Below the pieces are notes generated by a model, which saw nothing but the letters and a program-made list of their open reading frames with translations, did not search any database and was not told the DNA's origin. Of a stretch of DNA of 64,000 nucleotides, positions 63,322-64,000 are shown piece by piece. Source of the DNA: Octopus vulgaris (Eukaryota). Position numbers and translations under genes: made by a program. How positions within the stretch are numbered: the first letter of the stretch is position 1; each line of letters starts with the position of its first letter. Where the stretch lies: contig OX597817.1 in assembly GCA_951406725.2 (NCBI GenBank), positions 53,568,001 to 53,632,000 on the forward strand, in the 5' to 3' direction.

Positions 63322-63443
63322 TATTGTCAGCGAATGCGCTGAAATTACTTGAGGACTTGAAAGACAGTGACCCAAACTTTACAATTCGAAGGCACCATGA
63401 TCAGGCTCGAGGAGAAATTCAACAAGTTGAAAGTTTACGGAAT
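63322..63443 (+). CDS. LRCH: Coding exon immediately before the CH domain (VLSANALKLLEDLKDSDPNFTIRRHHDQARGEIQQVESLRN)
   Basis: tctgtttacAG acceptor, donor AAT|gtaagt, phase 1 to 0; DPxFTIRR...E...VE.LR resembles the pre-CH segment of vertebrate LRCH proteins (recalled, not searched). Confidence 0.85.
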
Positions 63444-64000
63444 GTAAGTTGTGAAACTAATTATAAAATGGTCCTTCCCCTACTTGAGTAGTGGTCCTTG
63501 CCAGACTCATTTGTAAACCATTATTGTTTGGTTATGATTTCCTTCCATAAGAAATTCTATTGCCAGGTTTTCCAGACATTTGGCTGAAGACTTTTGTCTT
63601 GTTCTCATCTGAAAATCCATTTATTATTAAGATTATTTCATTGTGGTCTGTGAAGCTCATCCTCAAAACCTGTCGCGACCAGTAAAAGAATGACCAGTTC
63701 CTGAATATCTACATACTTCCTGACTAGATTTAAACTAAATATATGCAATGAATTATTGATATTAAGAGCACCATACGAGGGTGATCGTTGACAGAGCAGC
63801 TAACCGGCTTCCGTGCCAGTGGCACATAAAAGGGCACCATGATGATGATTTCAGTTCTCTGATCACCATGTGGCTGTCTTATTCTTGGTGATAAGAAGGT
63901 TAGACAGCCAAAAATGGAACCTAGCTGGTTACCCATCCAAGGGGGCAATGACTAATGCAGAACAGAAGGGACATTTTAGTCCACCTTCTCTAGGGCATTA

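Noticed and set aside
1-64000. Most ORFs in the supplied track (CVCV, HTHT, YIYI, IIII, NNNN-rich)
   Set aside because: They are translations of microsatellites or of repeat UTRs, without coherent splice signals or recognisable domains.

Overview
Eukaryotic, AT-rich, microsatellite-dense animal DNA. The repeat families resemble those of Octopus (coleoid cephalopod); this assignment is from recognition, not a search. Most of the window is intronic sequence of one + strand gene. Phase-compatible GT-AG exons run from 17293 to 63443. The last exon encodes DPNFTIRRHHDQARGEIQQVESLRN, which matches the motif just upstream of the calponin-homology domain in LRCH proteins; the LRR and CH exons appear to lie outside the window. 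The chain includes two candidate frame-preserving microexons (9 nt and 12 nt), candidate cassette exons and tandem splice sites. The introns hold tRNA-derived SINEs, 5'-truncated RTE LINEs (some with target-site duplications), an R4/Dong-like endonuclease fragment, piggyBac- and hAT-type MITEs, and minisatellites. The most unusual signal is a set of at least five unrelated short repeats carrying minimal hammerhead-ribozyme-like cores, four of them in fold-back arrangements. One is a tRNA-headed (Pol III box A/B) element arranged head-to-head. Most ORFs in the supplied track are microsatellite or repeat artefacts.
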